The position numbers were made by a program, and so were the translations under genes. Under the pieces are notes generated by a model. The model did no database searches, was not told the DNA's origin, and worked only from the letters and a program-made list of their open reading frames with translations. A stretch of DNA of 64,000 nt from Octopus vulgaris (taxonomy: Eukaryota). The stretch lies in contig OX597838.1 in NCBI GenBank assembly GCA_951406725.2, positions 19,840,001 through 19,904,000 of the forward strand, written 5' to 3'. Position 1 is the stretch's first letter. Each line of letters starts with the position of its first letter. Below are positions 27,871-41,027 of this stretch, piece after piece.

Positions 27871-29649
27871 CGTGCGCTTCTGAGTATGTGTCTGTCTTTG
27901 TGTACATAATGTGTTTGTATGTGTGTGTCTGTGTGTGTTAACATGAATTCCTCTGACAGCTGCATTAATCTGTCTCTTGTTGCTCCTGCCCTGCCCTCCC
28001 CTCCAGGGCATAACTAGTTCACCACCACCGCCACCACCATAGAATAAACCCCTAAATTTTTTTTACTCTCCTTCCTTCCTTTCCTTCTCTCCCACCCCTC
28101 TCACCTCTACCCCCCCTCTCTCTCTCTCCCCTTCTATGACAGCCACTTTACAAGTGTTATCTTGTAATAAATATAAAAACACTCAACCCTTACTCCAATT
28201 TTATCAAACCCAGCTACAGCCCCTTTCCTTTCCCCCTGTTGCTGTAAGATAGGTGGGGAGGGTGCAGTAGTGGTGGTGGCTGTGATGGTGGTGCTAGTTA
28301 TAATGGTGAGAGAATTACTTGGGTTGTTTTAGTAAGTACACATCACTACATCACTTTTTTTATTCATGTAGTTTGTGTATTTCTGCCACAAATGTATACT
28401 AACATGTCACTCAGAGCCAAGGAGGGGAGGATATTAACCAGTGGTTCCCTTTGGTTCCTATTTTATACTACAGGACCCCCAAAGACATTTTATGTTTTGA
28501 AAAAAAAATTTTTTCTGGGGGGGTGTCATAATCAAACATTATTAGGAATTGTGTAAAAAAATTGGTAAAATAGAGTGTGTGTGTGTGTGGTAAGAAGCTT
28601 GCTCCCCTACTACATGGTTCTGGGTTCAGCCCCACTATGTGCCACTTTGTGAGTGGATTTGGTAGATGGAAACTGAAAGAAGCCCTTGTGTGTGTTTCTT
28701 TGTGTCTGTATTTCCCCCCTCCCCACAGCTTGACTACCAGTGTTGGTATGTTTACATTGCCATGACTTAGCAGTTTGACAAAAGAGATTGACAGAATAAG
28801 TACCAGGCTTGAAAAAAAAGTACCGAGGTTGATTCATTCGAATAAAATTTCTTCAAGGTAGTAGTGCCCCAGCATGGCCACAGTCTAATGGTTGAAACAA
28901 GTAAAAAATTAAAAAATAGGTGTAAGTAGCTTGCTTACGAACCACAGGGTTCCAGGTTCAGTCCCACTGCGTGGCATCTTGAGCAAGTGTCTTCTACTAT
29001 AGCCTCTACTATAGTGTCTTTGTGTTTGAGTTTGTCCTGCACTACTGCTTGTCAACTGGTGCTGGTTTGATTACATCCCTGTAACTTGGCAGTTCAGCAA
29101 AATCCAATAGAATAAGTACAAGGCCTTAAAAAATAAGTGCTGGGGGTGATTTGAGTCAATCAGTCAAGGCAGTGCCCCTGCATGGACACAGTCCAAAGAT
29201 TGAAATGAGTGAAAGATAAAAGAAGATATTTTGACAAGGAAATAATTAAAACCTTCTAAAGCTTAGTTCTTGAAATTTTTTAGCATTTAAACTAGCCAGA
29301 TTCATCCTCTTGCACCTACCCTACAATGTCATTCTAAAAACAGAAATATAATCACATCATTGAAATTTTGAAGTTATGAGATAATGCAGAATTAATTCAA
29401 AACAATGTAAATAAATAAAGATTAGGTTTTAGAGAATAATCTGAACGCTAAAGGAGCAATTTTGGTATACTTTTTGAAATAACAATTTCAATTTATTATT
29501 GTCACTCATTTTTTTTAATTGCTTTTTTTTTTTTTTTTTTTCTATTTCAGCCTGTGTCATTTAGAAATTTTGCTGTGAATTCAGGATTTGGATTTCTCTG
29601 TCCCTTGTCAACTGTTTATTTCTGAGTCACAGCTACATCTGTTCCAATA

Positions 29650-29911
29650 ATGGCTATGACATCACAGCACAGACCCGTTCCCAGGACCAATGCCCACATA
29701 AACCGATCAAATGTTCCACAGAGAGCCGGTGTAAAGATGGCAGGTAGCACAGGCGGAGCCTCTCAGTCCTCTGTGCCCCCTCTCGTCTATAGACAGGCTG
29801 CCCAGGCGAGCTATCAACGAATGACTGATCCAAAGAGCAAGCATGTCCTCAAAGAGGCAGTCGATGCAGTGGTGAACAGTTTTGCCAAGCACACACATGG
29901 TTACGGTAGAG
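29650..29911 (+). CDS. LIX1L: LIX1-like (limb expression 1 / lowfat family) coding exon 1
   Basis: ATG at 29650 follows a strong T-rich acceptor (ag at 29549-29550), with an in-frame TGA upstream of the ATG. Encodes ...VLKEAVDAVVNSFAKHTHGYGR. Phase-1 donor G|GTAAGT at 29911/29912. Confidence 0.9.
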
Positions 29912-30081
29912 GTAAGTTTCCTTGATTTTAAACAGTTGTGGGTAAACTGCAGCCTACAAAATTTTTCTGGATGACACCCGAAAAATTGCCTTGAATTTTT
30001 TTTAGTAATGCCTGACAATGATCCAAATCTCATGCAGCCTACTTCCCACAAAACGATGCCTATACTTGGTTCAGAAAATTG

Positions 30082-30685
30082 GGATCGTTACCTTTTGAGC
30101 TACAGATTTAACGAATAATTTTTTGTAACTAAACACTTTCAAACTTCGGACACTGGTAGAATGTGTCATATTAAACATCTTATACTCTTAGCATTTTTGA
30201 GAAAAACTTATATTTACAAAGTTATTTCACCTTAGAGTTCTCGTATTTCAGTAATTTCAACCAATCAATGACGTGTATTCAGCTGAATAAAATTACTGCT
30301 GTCATTTGTCAACAAGAACTTCCAGCGGTGTATATTTCATTTGTCATTGTTATTTATGACAACCCTAACCCTAACACCCTAACCCTAAAACCTCAAAACC
30401 AGTACAAACACCCAAACGATGTCATAAATAACAGTGACAAATGAAAAATACCCCTCTGATAGTTATTGTTGACAAACAACGGCAATAATTTTATTCAGCT
30501 GAATACACATCATTGATTGGTTGAAATTACCGAAATACAAGAACTTTAAGGTGAAATAAGTTTTCCTCAAAAATGCTAAGAGTAAAAGATGTTTTATATG
30601 ACACATTCTACCAGTGTCCGAAGTTTGAAAGTGTTTAGTTACAAAAAATTATTTTTTACATCTGTCGGTCAAAAGGTAAAGATCC
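30082..30685. mobile_element. GGATC-ended, fully palindromic MITE in LIX1L intron 1
   Basis: Arms of ~280 bp; TSD GAAAATTG/AAAAATTG; the loop contains (CCCTAA)n-like repeats. Confidence 0.88.
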
Positions 30686-31082
30686 AAAAATTGTCTTTAT
30701 AACACAGTGTAACAAAATTCTTTTGTTTTTGTCTTTGGTCAGCAAGTGTTGTTTCCGATTTGTTTCTATCTAGAAATCAAAGGAAATGACCACTGTTCCC
30801 TTCAAACTTTGCTTTTCTGACCTGGACTTCCAATGTTTTGAAACTGATTCAGTGCCGCGTTGCTGAAGTAGAAATACCATTACAGCAAATATTCTGCTCA
30901 GTAGCACATATTTGTTGTCAGTTGCTTGACCTTAACCACTTAAGCATGTCCCTTAGTGGCTGACAATATGTGCATCTCTGATGATGAGCAGGAGTAGTGG
31001 GGGAGCATCTGGCCAGCTTGAATATAAAATATGGGGAATATTTTTGCTGGATGTGGCCAGTTTAAATGTTGAAGGATTGTGA

Positions 31083-31331
<249 letters not shown>

Positions 31332-31699
31332 TGAATCCACAAATGAGACCCTGTGACTGTAAGGGGAAAATGTTGGATTAGTAACCACATGGTTGTGAGT
31401 TCAAATCTTACTACTGTAGCCAATATATTACATGAAATACTGTCATTTTGCAATTAAGAATGTGTGTGTGTGCATACATATATACACACACATACAGTGC
31501 CAGGCCGACCAAAACATTGTCAGTGGGTTTGGTAGACGGAAACTGAAAGAAACCCATTGTATATATATCTTAGCAGACTGTATATCATTAAAGTATTTAT
31601 GCCATTGAAAGCCTTCTAAATTGTGGTATTTGTCTTGAGAAAACCTCTTTTAGAGGCATATAGTGTTAAAAAAAAAAAAAAACGGGTTGACCTGGGAGC

Positions 31700-32040
31700 A
31701 CTGTCTGAATAACAGACAGGATGGTCATGACTAGAATGTCTTTGATCATAGGCTTCCTACTGTATGAGGGTTGACCTGGTAGCTAAGTGTTCTAGACACT
31801 CTGTCTGAATAACAGACAGGATGGTCATCACTGGAATGTCTTCAAGCATAGATCTGCTATTGTACTAGGGTTGATGGTCATCTCTGGATTGTCTTTGATC
31901 ATAGGCTTCCTACTGTATGAGGGTTGACCTGGCAGCTAAGTGTTCTAGACACTCTGTCTGAATAACAGATAGGATGGTCATCACTGGAATGTCTTCAATC
32001 ATAGATCTGCTACTGTACCAGGGTTGATCTTTGGGCTAAA
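31700..32040. repeat. Imperfect tandem duplication in LIX1L intron 2
   Basis: CTGTCTGAATAACAGACAGGATGGTCAT recurs at ~31701, 31801 and 31954. Confidence 0.85.
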
Positions 32041-32081
32041 ACATCATGAAATAGTTTAGGTTTCCATTCAAATTCATGTGA

Positions 32082-32405
<324 letters not shown>

Positions 32406-33034
32406 TAGCAGAATTGTTAGCATGCTGGACGAAATACTTTGTAGTATTTCACCTGTCCCTACATTCTGATTTCATATTCCACCGAGGTTGACTTTGCCTT
32501 TCATCCTTTCGGGGTCGATAAATTAAGTACCAGTGAAACATTGGGGTCGCTGTAATCGAGTAGTCCCCTCCACAAATTTGAGGCCTTGTGCCTCCAGTAA
32601 AAAGGATCATCATCATCCTCCTCCTTCTTCAGTAGTCTTATTTTTATTATGTACTTTCACTGCATGACTGAGTACAGCTCTGTGTGCCTTGGGTATTTGT
32701 TGTGCTGCTTTTATTTTCACTGTATTGAAAGTGTTTTACATAGGATGTGTGCAGTAACCAGTAGTACTATTTTCTCTATGTTATATAGTTGTAAGTCCTT
32801 GTATGTTGGTTATGTAATTGTTTGTATAATTTTTAATCATACCTAACGTACCTATTATTATAAGGATTGTTTCTGTTTTTAGGCTCCACATTCGGATTAT
32901 CTTTATTCCCAGATCTTTGTATTTTGAGAGTTTCTCCGTTTCTTTAGAGATACATTGTCATCTGTTGAGATTGATACATTGATGAGAAGGCATTTGTTCT
33001 TGATGATCTCTGACAACTATATCCAGCCTATTTA

Positions 33035-33071
<37 letters not shown>

Positions 33072-33267
33072 GCAGGACCTGTGAATATTTGACGGAATTA
33101 ATGATAAACTTATTGGGTTATTTCTGAAAACTTTATCCAAAAAAACCTGAAAGCATAGCCTGTGTTGTCTGTATCTAAAGATAGTTGCTCATTTGCTATT
33201 CATTGAAAAGTGAAGGAAATTGGAATACGATGATTACTTAATGCATTTTATATATACGTTTTATATA

Positions 33268-33840
33268 TTGGGTTGTCCGGAAAGTGCGTGCCAATTTTTA
33301 AAGGAAAGAAAAAGGTCAATAAATACTTGCCATCACATTTTTAATCAACCAAATATGAACCATTATGTTGCACAATGCGTCTCCATCTTTCCTTTAACTT
33401 GAAAATACCCTCTTCCCAGAATTGAGGTGGTTTCATGGCAAAGAATTCATCAAGGTATCTTTTAACGTCATCCAAAGAATTGAAATTTTTACCATTAAGA
33501 CTATTCTGCAGAGAGCTGAATAAGTGGAAATCTGAAGGAGCAATATCTGGTGAATATGGAGTATGGAGGGTGGAGTAACACATCCCAGCCAAGCTGCAGC
33601 AATTTTTGTCTGGTTCCTAAAGCATCAAGTGCCGAAAATGAACTTTCTTATCTTCCATTTTAAAGGGTTGCAGAATTAACACAGGTTTTAGGAACATAAA
33701 CCTTCTTCTACGAAAAGATAGCTTAAACTGTGCTCTAAATGGAGGTGTAGTCAAATCCTATTTTTTGGACTCAACCATGTTCTAAAATAAGTCAAAAGGC
33801 AAGCTACTATAAATCGGCATGAACTTTCCGAACAACCCAA
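33268..33840 (-). mobile_element. Internally deleted mariner element in LIX1L intron 3
   Basis: TIRs TTGGGTTGTCCGGAAAGT / ACTTTCCGAACAACCCAA with TA TSD. C-terminal transposase PYSPDIAPSDFHLFSSLQNSL...GIFKLKERW. Confidence 0.92.
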
Positions 33841-34169
33841 TATTTTATGCACAATTTTATAGACTTTAATACACATCACTCTCCTTCTTTCTCTCTCATT
33901 CTTCGCCTTACCTTCTTTTCCTCTCTCCTTTTTCTTCCACTCTTTGCCTTTCCCTTCAACTAATTACATGAAAGCATTACAGATGGGCTAAGTAACAGAG
34001 GTAAAAAACTTAGTTCAAAATGAAAAAAAAAATTACACTTTTCACTGACCATATCCCTCCTTCCCCTATCTCTCCTTTCCCTCTGCAACTAATCTCATGG
34101 AAGCATTACAGATGCTTCCATGGGATTAACAGAAGAACAAACAGAATTATAAGATTATGGCCACCATAC

Positions 34170-34523
34170 TCTTTTACTCTTTTACTTGTTTCAGTCATTT
34201 GACTGTGACCATGCTGGAGCACCGCCTTTAGTCGAAAAATCAACCCCAGGACTTATTCTTTGTAAGCCTAGTACTTATTCAATCGGTCCCTTTTGCTGAA
34301 CCGCTAAGTTACGGGGACGTAAACACACCAGCATCGATTGTCAAGCGATGTTGGGGGACAAACACAGATACACAAACATATACATATGTATACATATACG
34401 ACAGGCTTCTTTCAGTTTCGCTCTAGTAGAAGACACTTGCCCAAGGGGCCACGCAGTGGGACTGAACCCAGAACCATGTGGTTGGTAAACAAGCTACTTA
34501 CCACACAGCCACTCCTGTGCCTA
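34170..34523 (-). mobile_element. SINE family A copy in LIX1L intron 3
   Basis: Reverse complement of the family A sequence; antisense to a partial copy at 36080-36282. Confidence 0.85.
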
Positions 34524-35670
34524 TGGGGAAGATGTACTAAGTTGGAGCTCCATAATTTGTGTTTAATCAAGTGTTTCAGCTTTTTTGTGGTGGTAACATT
34601 TCTGTGAAATTACACCCACTTTTGGGGGGGTGTAGCTCAGTAAATATTTGTTTTGCATTTTTGTGAAATCAAGAATTCACATATCTTTATCCAATTTTTG
34701 AAAAATGTCAGAGTACAACAGAATAATAATAATCAATGGAGAGCAGCATTCTGTCGATAGAGTTTTAACACCAAACGCAGCTGCGGTTGGAGATGGAATT
34801 GATTTATCGTCAAAGAGAAACAGGATTTTCATCTTGATGCTCTATGACAGCAATAACAAGTGCAACGATATTAGCAGCAGCAGCAGCAAAGATATTGCTA
34901 ACAACAACAACAACAGCTGTAGCAACAGTGTGTACAGCAGCAGCAGAAACAACAACAACAAGAGCAACTATATCAACAAGAACATGAACAGTAAGATCAA
35001 AAACAACAAAAAGAGCAATGCAGATATCAATCATCATCATCATCATCGTCGTTGGACGATTTGACTGGGGACTGGTGAACCAGATGGCTGCACCAGGCTC
35101 CAATCTTGATCTGGCAGAGTTTCTACAGCTGGATGCCCTTCCTAACGCCAACCACTCTGAGAGTGTAGCGGGTGCTAAAAAGCACGGGGGCCAGTCAGGA
35201 GGTTCTGGCAAGGACCTCGCTAGAATCTTTTTACACATGCCACCGGCGCAGGTGCCAGTAAGGCGACGCCGGTAATGATCACGCTCGAATGGTGCCTTTT
35301 ACATCCCACCGGCACAGAAGCCAGTTAGCCGCTCTGGCAACGATCATGGTAACTGTAATGGGAACTCTGGAAAACGACAACAACAACAACAACAGCAGCA
35401 GTAACAATAACATAAAAAATCACAACACCACCATATTTATATGGCAGGATTGTTAGCATACTGGGCAAAATGCTTGGCAGCTTTTCAACCATTTTTACAT
35501 TCTGAGTTCAAATTCCACCGCGGTCAACTTTCCCTCTCATCCTTTCTGAATTGATAAATAAGTACCAGTTGAGTACTGGGGGTACTGGGGGTCCATGTAA
35601 TCAACTAGTGTCCCCCCCCCCTCGCCTAAAATTCTGGGCCTTGTGCCTATAATAGACAGGATTGTTATTT

Positions 35671-36038
35671 ATTACCACTTCCTCTTGAAGGCAGAGGTAC
35701 TGATTTCAGTCGTGTTTGTTTGTCTGTGGATAAGATATCTCAAGAAACACAGGATGGAATCGGATGAAGCCTTCAGGGTTGTTTGGCCTCATGACTGGTA
35801 TGAAGAGATTAGATTTTGAGATTCACCCAGTACTAAACAAGGATTCTGGATTATATTTCCTGTTTTTTTTAAAATTTTTACTTAATTTTTGAGAGCATTC
35901 GGGTTCATTTTTAGTATTCTTGTCTGTGAGAGCAATTGAGTTTATTTCAGATATTCTCGTTTTTAAAATCATCTCCGGCTAATCATTGAGAGGATGTTGG
36001 TGTTTCCTTGGCAGAGGTTTGCGCTCTCTGAGTGCTCT
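35671..36038 (+). mobile_element. DINE-1/HINE-like (Helentron-associated) non-autonomous element
   Basis: 5' stem followed by a GTTTGTTTGTCTGT microsatellite. The 3' end CCTTGGCAGAGGT is followed by a short hairpin GCGCTC-TCT-GAGTGC. TT-rich flanks. Confidence 0.6.
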
Positions 36039-36343
36039 TATTATTATTATTATTATTATTGTGAAAGACAATAATAATGTTTGTGTGTCTGTGTTTGTCC
36101 CCCACAACACCGCTTGACAACCTATGTTGGTGTGTTTACGTCCCCATAACTTAGTAGTTCAGCAAAAGAGACCGATAGAATAAGTACTAGGCTTACAAAG
36201 AATAAGTCCTGGGGTCAATTTGCTCGACTAAAGGCAGTGCTCCAGCTTGGCCGCAGTCAGATGACTGAAACAAGTAAAAGAGTATGTATGTGTACATGTC
36301 TGTCTATCTGTGTGCGCATGTGACACATCTCATCTTGCTCTAA

Positions 36344-36928
<585 letters not shown>

Positions 36929-36959
36929 AGGAAATCTCACATTAGATAGAACAGTGCTG

Positions 36960-37430
36960 ATAGTACATCTCCTTGTCTCCTCCTCCCTCTTCGATCTTAA
37001 TCTGTCCATCATCGTCTCTTAAATTTAGCAAGATTGCCACCAGCTTTGTCACCTTCCTGATGCTGTGAATCTACATGACTTCTGGTGAACTGAACAGGAA
37101 AAGATAGAGATAAAAAAACTCTGCAGACATTGCATCTTGTCTGTTCCCTCTTCAATCCCAACTTTGTCTCTATCATCATTTCCTAAATTTTGCAAGATTA
37201 CCGCCAGCTTTGTTGTCTTTCTGAATGCTGTGAGTTTAAAATGGTTGCTGGTGATCTGGAAATGCAAAAAAGGAAAAAAAAACAAAAATACAGATTTGCT
37301 AAAATACCGCAGATAAAACATCTCCTTGTCTGCTCCATCTTCAGTCATAATCTTGTCTTCTATCAGTTCTTAAATTTTGCAAGATTACCACCAGCTTTGA
37401 TGTCTTCCTGATGGGGTGAACTGAAATAAA
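36960..37430 (+). repeat. Three diverged ~165-190-bp tandem units at the start of the LIX1L 3' UTR
   Basis: Core TAAATTTWGCAAGATTRCCRCCAGCTTTG at ~37020, 37184 and 37371. AATAAA at 37425-37430. Confidence 0.8.
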
Positions 37431-38002
37431 ATTAATGTTACAATGGCTGCATTTAAAATGCTTTGAACACCAAACAATTTCAACAAGTATTTCATATATT
37501 GTAGCCATTTCCAATTGAAAGGGGGTTCAATCATTGTATCACAGCTTTTAGTATTGATCCCTTTCATTACACTTGTTACAATTTTAGACTTTTTGGTTGT
37601 TTTGGGGTTTATCTTTTTTTTTTTATGAACAAAGGATTTTTTGCCTCATCACAACCATCTTTGAATCAGACGTTGCAATTCTTTCATTGTTTTCTGCCTT
37701 CTTGTGCCAACTCTTGTTGTATTATGGATACGTTATTGTTCTTGTGTATGTGTGTGCATGTATGCATGTGTGTGTGTGACAAAGAGTGAGAGAAAGAGAG
37801 ACTGAATTGAGGAAAATCATTGTTACTCTTACCATACAATAAACACCTTATATCTATGTGTGTGTGTAATATATATATATGTATATATATATTTATATGC
37901 ATACACCTGATTGAGCGGACAATTGAAAGAAAAGGGCACTCAATACATGTAGTGGGTGTTACATGTATTATTTAAAACCGTTTGATTGAGTTCCAGTAAC
38001 TT

Positions 38003-38102
38003 AGTTTTCACAAGCCTCTAACAGAAGCCTGTCCCTTTCAGGTTTTCAATTACCGAATCGAAAACCTGAAAAAGACAGCCTCTGTTAGAGGCCTGAGAAA
38101 CT
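38003..38102. repeat. Short fold-back next to (TA)n, downstream of the LIX1L stop
   Basis: GCCTCTAACAGAAGCCTGTCCCTTTCAGGTTTTC pairs with GAAAACCTGAAAAAGACAGCCTCTGTTAGAGGC. Confidence 0.75.
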
Positions 38103-39046
38103 TCATCGCATGCAACCGAATCAAACTTTTAAATAATATATATATATATATATACACACACACATATGCACTCACACACATATATATATATATATATATA
38201 CACACGCACTCACACATACATACAAATAAACACATATATATCATCAGCATCATCATGTTTATTTTATTTATTTTCATTTTTATCCTTATTTATCAATTAT
38301 TTTGTATTGAATTACATCTTCTACTTATCAGCTTCTTTGTCATGCCAAAAAATAACTTGCATCATAAAAGTAACTGGGCATTTGTTTTTTAAAGCCCCAT
38401 ACATCACAGAAATATAACGTCTGAAATATTTTCTTTTTCTTTTTATTATTATTATTATTATAATTTTTACTGCCTGAATTTTTTCCCCCCAGAGACTGCC
38501 TGCCTAGGTGGTGTTAGATCTTTGGACTAAATGTTTTTTTTTGTGTTCCATGTCCCCTCTTTTCTTACCAGTAGCAATGTATTTGCGTTAACTTATGTCC
38601 ATTATACCACACCACACCACATCACACCACTGTTGCCACTACCACCAAACATTGGCCTTGAATCTTTTACAAAGAAACTAAAAGCAAAGAATTTTCAGAA
38701 TCAGCTAAAATTAGTTGCAGCTATCAGAAGCCGATTGAAATGTTGAATTATCTGCCCTTGGCCACAAATGAATTGTGGCAGGAGAATGTTGTGTGCTGTC
38801 CTCAATGGATGATGGCCAACATGAACTCATAACCAGTTGGTTGACATGTTGGTAGGTTTTCTTTCTGAGCTAGAGTAACTTGTTTCAAAATGTGTATTTG
38901 TGTATATAGATTTATACTAAGCTTGAGTCAATTTACTATAAATTGCTACAAACTGCAAACAGAATAAAACAGTGATTTATACATACATGCATAATGTATA
39001 GATGTACATACATACATACATATGCACATACATAATGTGTGTGTGT

Positions 39047-39397
39047 GTACGTATAAATAAATATATATATATATAAGAATACAAAAAATGAAACAAGAAT
39101 ACAACAGGCAACAACAAGGCATCCAGACAAAAAGGAACAAGAAAAAACAAGGACGGGTCATTCAGGGTTTTCTATCTTCAGTTGAGTTCCAGATCTTCTC
39201 AGCAGTTTTGGCTATAACCAGTATAACCAGCCAAAACTGTTGAGAAGATCTGGAACTTGACTGAAGATAGAAAACTCTGAATGACCTGTCTTTGTATTTT
39301 GTTGTCACTTTTTGTATCGTCTAACTGTCTGGATGTTTTATTGTCACCTGTTGCGTTTTTGTTCCATTTTTTTGTATTCATTTTTATATATACGTAT
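39047..39397. repeat. Fold-back element between TA-rich tracts
   Basis: GGTCATTCAGGGTTTTCTATCTTCAGTTGAGTTCCAGATCTTCTCAGCAGTTTTGGCT is mirrored about a centre near 39222; the outer arms are more diverged. Confidence 0.8.
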
Positions 39398-39418
39398 AGC
39401 GGCGTACATACACTTTTA

Positions 39419-39488
<70 letters not shown>

Positions 39489-40076
39489 GTGCATGAGGAT
39501 AACTACGTAAAACAAATCATACAAAACTGCACATGCACTGACTCCAAATACTGCACACATAAACACAGATGCAAAAATACCTTGTTGTTTTTGTTGAAAT
39601 TGCAATGGAGACGTGGACCTAGGTTAGAAGCCGGCTCTTTCTCTATTGGCAAGAAATCTGAATAATGACATACATACACTCAATTACATGAGGAGCAAAC
39701 ACTTGATTTGACAGACTAGCAGAGGGAAAATGTGTCCATGAATGCCGAAGGTCTTTTAAATTGGAGGTTATATAGGGGTTTGTTTTTCTTATTTTTAATA
39801 TGAAAAACCAAAAAAGATTTAATAGCATATACTCTACTGCACAAAATGAAATTTTTGAAATACAAATTATGGTGATGTAATTTTTATATCCCTATTTTGA
39901 CAATGGCATTGAAAAGAATTTTACTGCAACTGTAGTGGTTATACAGTACTGTATTTATTATTGTTCAATCTGTTAATCTGAAATCATTTATATCAAGGTC
40001 AAGTGTTTACCGTCTATAAACACACACACTATATATATATATATATATATATATGTATCTGTGTGTGTGTATACAC

Positions 40077-40120
<44 letters not shown>

Positions 40121-40128
40121 GTATATTC

Positions 40129-40305
40129 ATTATTCTTATACAAGAATGTTGTTGACAGTGACTTTGAAGTTGTGGCCAGCTTAGGCATTGTCTGATGATA
40201 GCTGGGCAAAACTTTAAAGTCACTGTCAACAACATCCTTGTATAAGAATAATAAATTTGTACTCTACAAAAGTATTGAGTGACCCATCAGATCAATGTAA
40301 AATTT
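40129..40305. repeat. Fold-back element with hammerhead remnant; related copy at ~43586-43695
   Basis: Inverted arms 40129-40181 / 40200-40252 with CTGATGA (40192-40198) at the turn. Follows a (TA)n tract. Confidence 0.7.
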
Positions 40306-40678
40306 TTTGTGTGGGTTTTGAATTGTCATAGATAGGTGTGTGTATGTGTTTGTCAAATGGTTGTTTCTCATTTGCAATGTCCTCTTCATGGTTTAATAGG
40401 AAATCAACAGAAACAGCCACTTTCTACACTAAACTACAAAGAAAGAGTATTAAGAAATGTTGTTGCCAGGAATGTGGGAGTAATAGTTGCGCAAGCAAAA
40501 ACCCTAAGGGGTCGGCTTTTGTTGGTGTGACAAGGAGCAGTATCAAACTTAACACAACGTGCATATGTAATCCGATTCCATGCTAGCATGCTAAGAATAT
40601 ATTTGATATTCCATCTTAATGTGTTTAACCGACATAGTGACATTATAATATGGTGTACATATATTGTATAGTCTTGAT

Positions 40679-41027
40679 CAGTGTTTCTCAACCTTTTTAC
40701 ACTTGCGTGACCCTTAAAATACATTACATGTATAAGGAACCCCCGGCACAAAAAATATATACCATATCTTTCTCATATTTTTTCATTGTAGTTCATGTGG
40801 TAAATATCACATATATATATATCCCCAATGGTTGTTATATTTTTTTGGTAACATAATAGGTTAGATAGGATGATGTTTATATTACAATAACCAATAATAT
40901 GTTGTGTTTGTATAGTAATATTAAGATCATGAAATTAGCATTAGCTTATCTTGCTATTTCTCACAGAACCCCTGGGAACCTTTTGTGGAACTCTAGGGTT
41001 CCGGAGAACCTCGGTTGAGAAACACTG
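40679..41027. mobile_element. hAT (Charlie-like) MITE
   Basis: TIR CAGTGTTTCTCAACC. 8-bp TSD GTCTTGAT/GTCTAGAT, matching the NTCTAGAN target. Confidence 0.85.

Noticed and set aside
34705-35064. 119-aa Asn/Ser-rich ORF in LIX1L intron 3
   Set aside because: It is an (AAC)/(AGC) simple repeat running into a SINE tail, with no splice or homology support.
38003-38102. Hammerhead within this fold-back
   Set aside because: A stem II-like hairpin and GAAA are present, but the core is CUGAAAG/CUGAAAA and there is no stem I. Kept only as a palindrome.
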